DNA of 64,000 nucleotides from Gammaproteobacteria bacterium. GTDB lineage: Bacteria; Pseudomonadota; Gammaproteobacteria; CAJXQU01. Of the stretch, positions 61,475-64,000 are shown in pieces. The stretch is taken from the NCBI GenBank assembly GCA_965238175.1, contig CBDEGZ010000003.1, positions 2,944,001 to 3,008,000 of the forward strand, written 5' to 3'. The notes under the pieces are model-generated. The model was not told the origin of the DNA. It ran no database searches and was given only the letters and a program-made list of their open reading frames with translations. The translations under genes were made by a program, and so were the position numbers. Positions within the stretch are counted from its first letter, which is position 1, and each line of letters starts with the position of its first letter.

Positions 61475-62541
61475 TTTAGTATGCTTCTTACCCATAAAAG
61501 CAAACGTATATCCAACCTATTATTTAACTTATCTCTGTATTCAACTAACAGTATATTTTCGTTTAACAGTTCCTTATTAACTGCCGCAAAGTCTTCTCGT
61601 TGTTCGACTAACGCTGTGTTTTCCTTCTTTAGTGCTGAAACCAGATCATTCCATGAGGCCGTTGCTTGACTAACCAATTCGTAAACTGGTGCTAATTTTT
61701 CCCGTACTCGTTGGATCCGATCACGATCTTTGTTTTTTTTCTCGCTAGCATTTGTTTGAATTAAAAACGCTTCGTACAGCTCCAATGTGCAGACAGACTC
61801 ATCGGAATACTTTTCTAATAAGTCAGCAGATTTGTTATGCCACAAACTATCTGTGACTAAATCTGCCATTTTTGCTTGAACTTCTATACCCTCAACTGAA
61901 CGAGGCCACTCAATATCAAGATCACTTCCTACTCTCGAAATTGTGCTTTTCCAATCCTTATTCAATGCTTCATAGGTAAGCCAAGATCGCTGATGTTCAA
62001 CACTAAATTCCTCCGCTTCTAAAAAATACCTAATCCATAAGTAAAGGCTATATTGCCACGGCAAGCTATCCCTCTTTACCAAAGAAGCTGCAACTTCGAA
62101 AGGATGTCTCCCAATAAAGAGAAATTTAGGTGTGATGTTTAATTCTTCAAAAATTGAATGCCAGAGTGGTAGCAAGCGACACATCCGCGGGTCTTTTATA
62201 CCCCACAAGTCATGACCCGAAAATTCTGTTTTTATGATATCTACAAGTACTTCTCTGTAGGGTTTGACTCTCTCATCATGCTGCCAATGTGCTGGCAAAG
62301 CAGAAATTTTATCCCAATGAAGACCGAACACCGAAAATATTTCATCATGAATTGCGACAATCTTCTCATGTTCCCAAAATCCCTTTGCATTGACATCCTT
62401 CTGTGCTCCCATCAGGTTCTTCTCGTCACCCAGATGTATACCAAGATTATATAGTGCCCCAGCAAGCAGCGAGGTCCCACTTCTATGCATACCCAATACG
62501 ATGAGTGGTGTTCCAACTTTAGTCATTGATGTTGTTGTCAT
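61471..62541 (-). CDS. Sulfotransferase-family protein with a C-terminal coiled coil
   Basis: VLGMHRSGTS (PAPS-binding loop), NAKGFWE, KDPR and RHPFEVAASL.KRD motifs. Confidence 0.82.
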   Translation of the reverse strand: MTTTSMTKVGTPLIVLGMHRSGTSLLAGALYNLGIHLGDEKNLMGAQKDVNAKGFWEHEKIVAIHDEIFSVFGLHWDKISALPAHWQHDERVKPYREVLVDIIKTEFSGHDLWGIKDPRMCRLLPLWHSIFEELNITPKFLFIGRHPFEVAASLVKRDSLPWQYSLYLWIRYFLEAEEFSVEHQRSWLTYEALNKDWKSTISRVGSDLDIEWPRSVEGIEVQAKMADLVTDSLWHNKSADLLEKYSDESVCTLELYEAFLIQTNASEKKNKDRDRIQRVREKLAPVYELVSQATASWNDLVSALKKENTALVEQREDFAAVNKELLNENILLVEYRDKLNNRLDIRLLLWVRSILK

Positions 62542-62751
62542 CTTTGGAAACAGTAACTCTTTGGGTCTGTGGTTGGAAAATAAGCAAGAAATTGGGAGTT
62601 TTTTAAATAAGTGCTGTTTAGTTGGCTGGAATAATTCAATAGATTTTAGGCAGAATTATACATGATATCTAACTCCATGGCGCGTTTCCTGCTTGTATAT
62701 GATCTAAATTTTCCCTACTCTTTTATTATACCAAAACTTAATACAACTACT

Positions 62752-64000
62752 TTGACAGAACTAAACATATCTACCCGTCACACAAGTCCTCCTAAATTAA
62801 AAAATTTAACCGACACTTTGATCTTAAATGGCGTGTTAAAAAATGATGATCTTAGTCGGGTTGAGGCAATTTCTAAACAGAAAGGTGAGAAGATTCTTAC
62901 CTTGCTGATTTCATCAGGTCTTGTTCCAGCGGGTCTAATTGCAAGCACCTGGTCAGAATTGACAAACTACCCGCTTGCAAAAATCGACGAGTTACAATCT
63001 TACCCACTTTGCACAGATAACTTTTCGTTAAACTTCCTTAAACAACATACTGTTATCCCGTTTTCAGAAAACGAAGATTCTGTTGCTTTTGTCCTTACCG
63101 ATCCTAGCGATGAATATTTGATACAAGCCTTAGAACTCGCTATTGATAAAAATATTTCACTGCTGATTTCAACGCCAGATCAAATAGGTAATGCAATTGA
63201 AAGAATTTATGCTAATCAAGATACTCTCTCAGAAATATCTGATGAAATTATTGAAACCGGTAATGAAGATTCAGATGACGTAGAACGCTTAAAGGATCTT
63301 GCCAGTGAAGCACCCGTTGTCCGATTGGTTAACTTACTCATCAACCGAGCAGTCGAATTACGCGCTTCTGACATCCATATTGAACCTTGCAAAAATATTC
63401 TGAAAGTTCGTTATCGTGTCGATGGCGTTCTGCAAGAAGTCGAATCTCCTCCTGCTCGATCCACCGCCGCTGTTATTTCTCGTGTAAAGATCATGGCCAA
63501 ATTGGATATTGCGGAACGACGGCGACCACAAGATGGTCGGATCCAGCTTCGCACTCATGGTCGGGAAATTGATCTACGTGTGTCGACCGTACCATCACTG
63601 TACGGTGAAAGTGTTGTACTCAGGATCCTCGATAAAGAACAAACAGTACTCGATCTTGTCAGCCTCGGTTTTGATGAAGAAGTACATGAAGATTTTTTAT
63701 CTACCATTTCACTCCCTCATGGAATTCTACTGGTAACAGGGCCAACAGGAAGCGGTAAAACAACCACGCTTTATGGTGCAGTTCAGGTTCTGAACAAGCC
63801 TGATAAGAAGATTATCACCGTTGAAGATCCTGTTGAATATCAATTAGATGGCATTACTCAAATACAAGTTAGATCACAAGTCGACCTCACCTTCGCAAGT
63901 GCGTTGAGATCAGTTGTTCGACAAGATCCTGATGTCATTATGATTGGTGAAATGCGCGATCTTGAAACCGCCGGGATAGCAGTACAAGCGGCCTTGACCG
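62752..64000 (+). CDS. gspE: GspE/PulE-family secretion ATPase (3' truncated by the window end; start uncertain)
   Basis: Manual translation: DLASEAPVVRLVN, ASDIHIEP, RYRVDG, LDIAERRRPQDGR, GILLVTGPTGSGKTTT, TVEDPVEY, RQDPDVIMIGEMRD. In-frame starts at 62662, 62677 (ATG) and 62752 (TTG). Confidence 0.9.
   Translation, partial: MTELNISTRHTSPPKLKNLTDTLILNGVLKNDDLSRVEAISKQKGEKILTLLISSGLVPAGLIASTWSELTNYPLAKIDELQSYPLCTDNFSLNFLKQHTVIPFSENEDSVAFVLTDPSDEYLIQALELAIDKNISLLISTPDQIGNAIERIYANQDTLSEISDEIIETGNEDSDDVERLKDLASEAPVVRLVNLLINRAVELRASDIHIEPCKNILKVRYRVDGVLQEVESPPARSTAAVISRVKIMAKLDIAERRRPQDGRIQLRTHGREIDLRVSTVPSLYGESVVLRILDKEQTVLDLVSLGFDEEVHEDFLSTISLPHGILLVTGPTGSGKTTTLYGAVQVLNKPDKKIITVEDPVEYQLDGITQIQVRSQVDLTFASALRSVVRQDPDVIMIGEMRDLETAGIAVQAALT

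Overview
This is an AT-rich gammaproteobacterial chromosome segment made mostly of core genes. In order: partial uvrB, an aminotransferase and tRNA-Asn(GTT); a surface-glycan locus (galU, WbpM/CapD-like, WbpL/WecA-like, rfbBACD, Fdt/Qdt-type amino-sugar genes, GtrB- and GtrA-like genes); rpsP-rimM-trmD-rplS; a SHOCT protein, a porin and a YVTN beta-propeller; parE, BON-LysM, xseB-ispA-folE2; a DUF692 (MNIO)/DUF2063 bufferin-type RiPP cluster; a long co-directional run mutL-miaA-hfq-hflXKC-yjeT-hisZ-purA-ccmA-I-ftsK-lolA; a TolC/MFP/RND efflux operon; an intact IS110-family (IS1111 group) element; a YfhO/glycosyltransferase/sulfotransferase cluster; and a partial GspE/PulE ATPase. The best-supported highlight is the IS1111 element, whose 3' non-coding end contains a readable bridge/seek RNA with guide segments matching its own insertion site and circle junction. 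Other candidates worth checking: a TolC fused to an N-terminal solute-binding-like domain, ribosomal L19 fused to a helix-hairpin-helix domain, a probable lipoprotein MNIO precursor, a 312-bp covarying palindromic element before hisZ, degenerate direct repeats bracketing the porin/SHOCT pair that end in an IS-target-like motif, and a sulfotransferase with a WbdD-like coiled-coil tail. Family calls come from motif recognition only; no database searches or folding programs were run.
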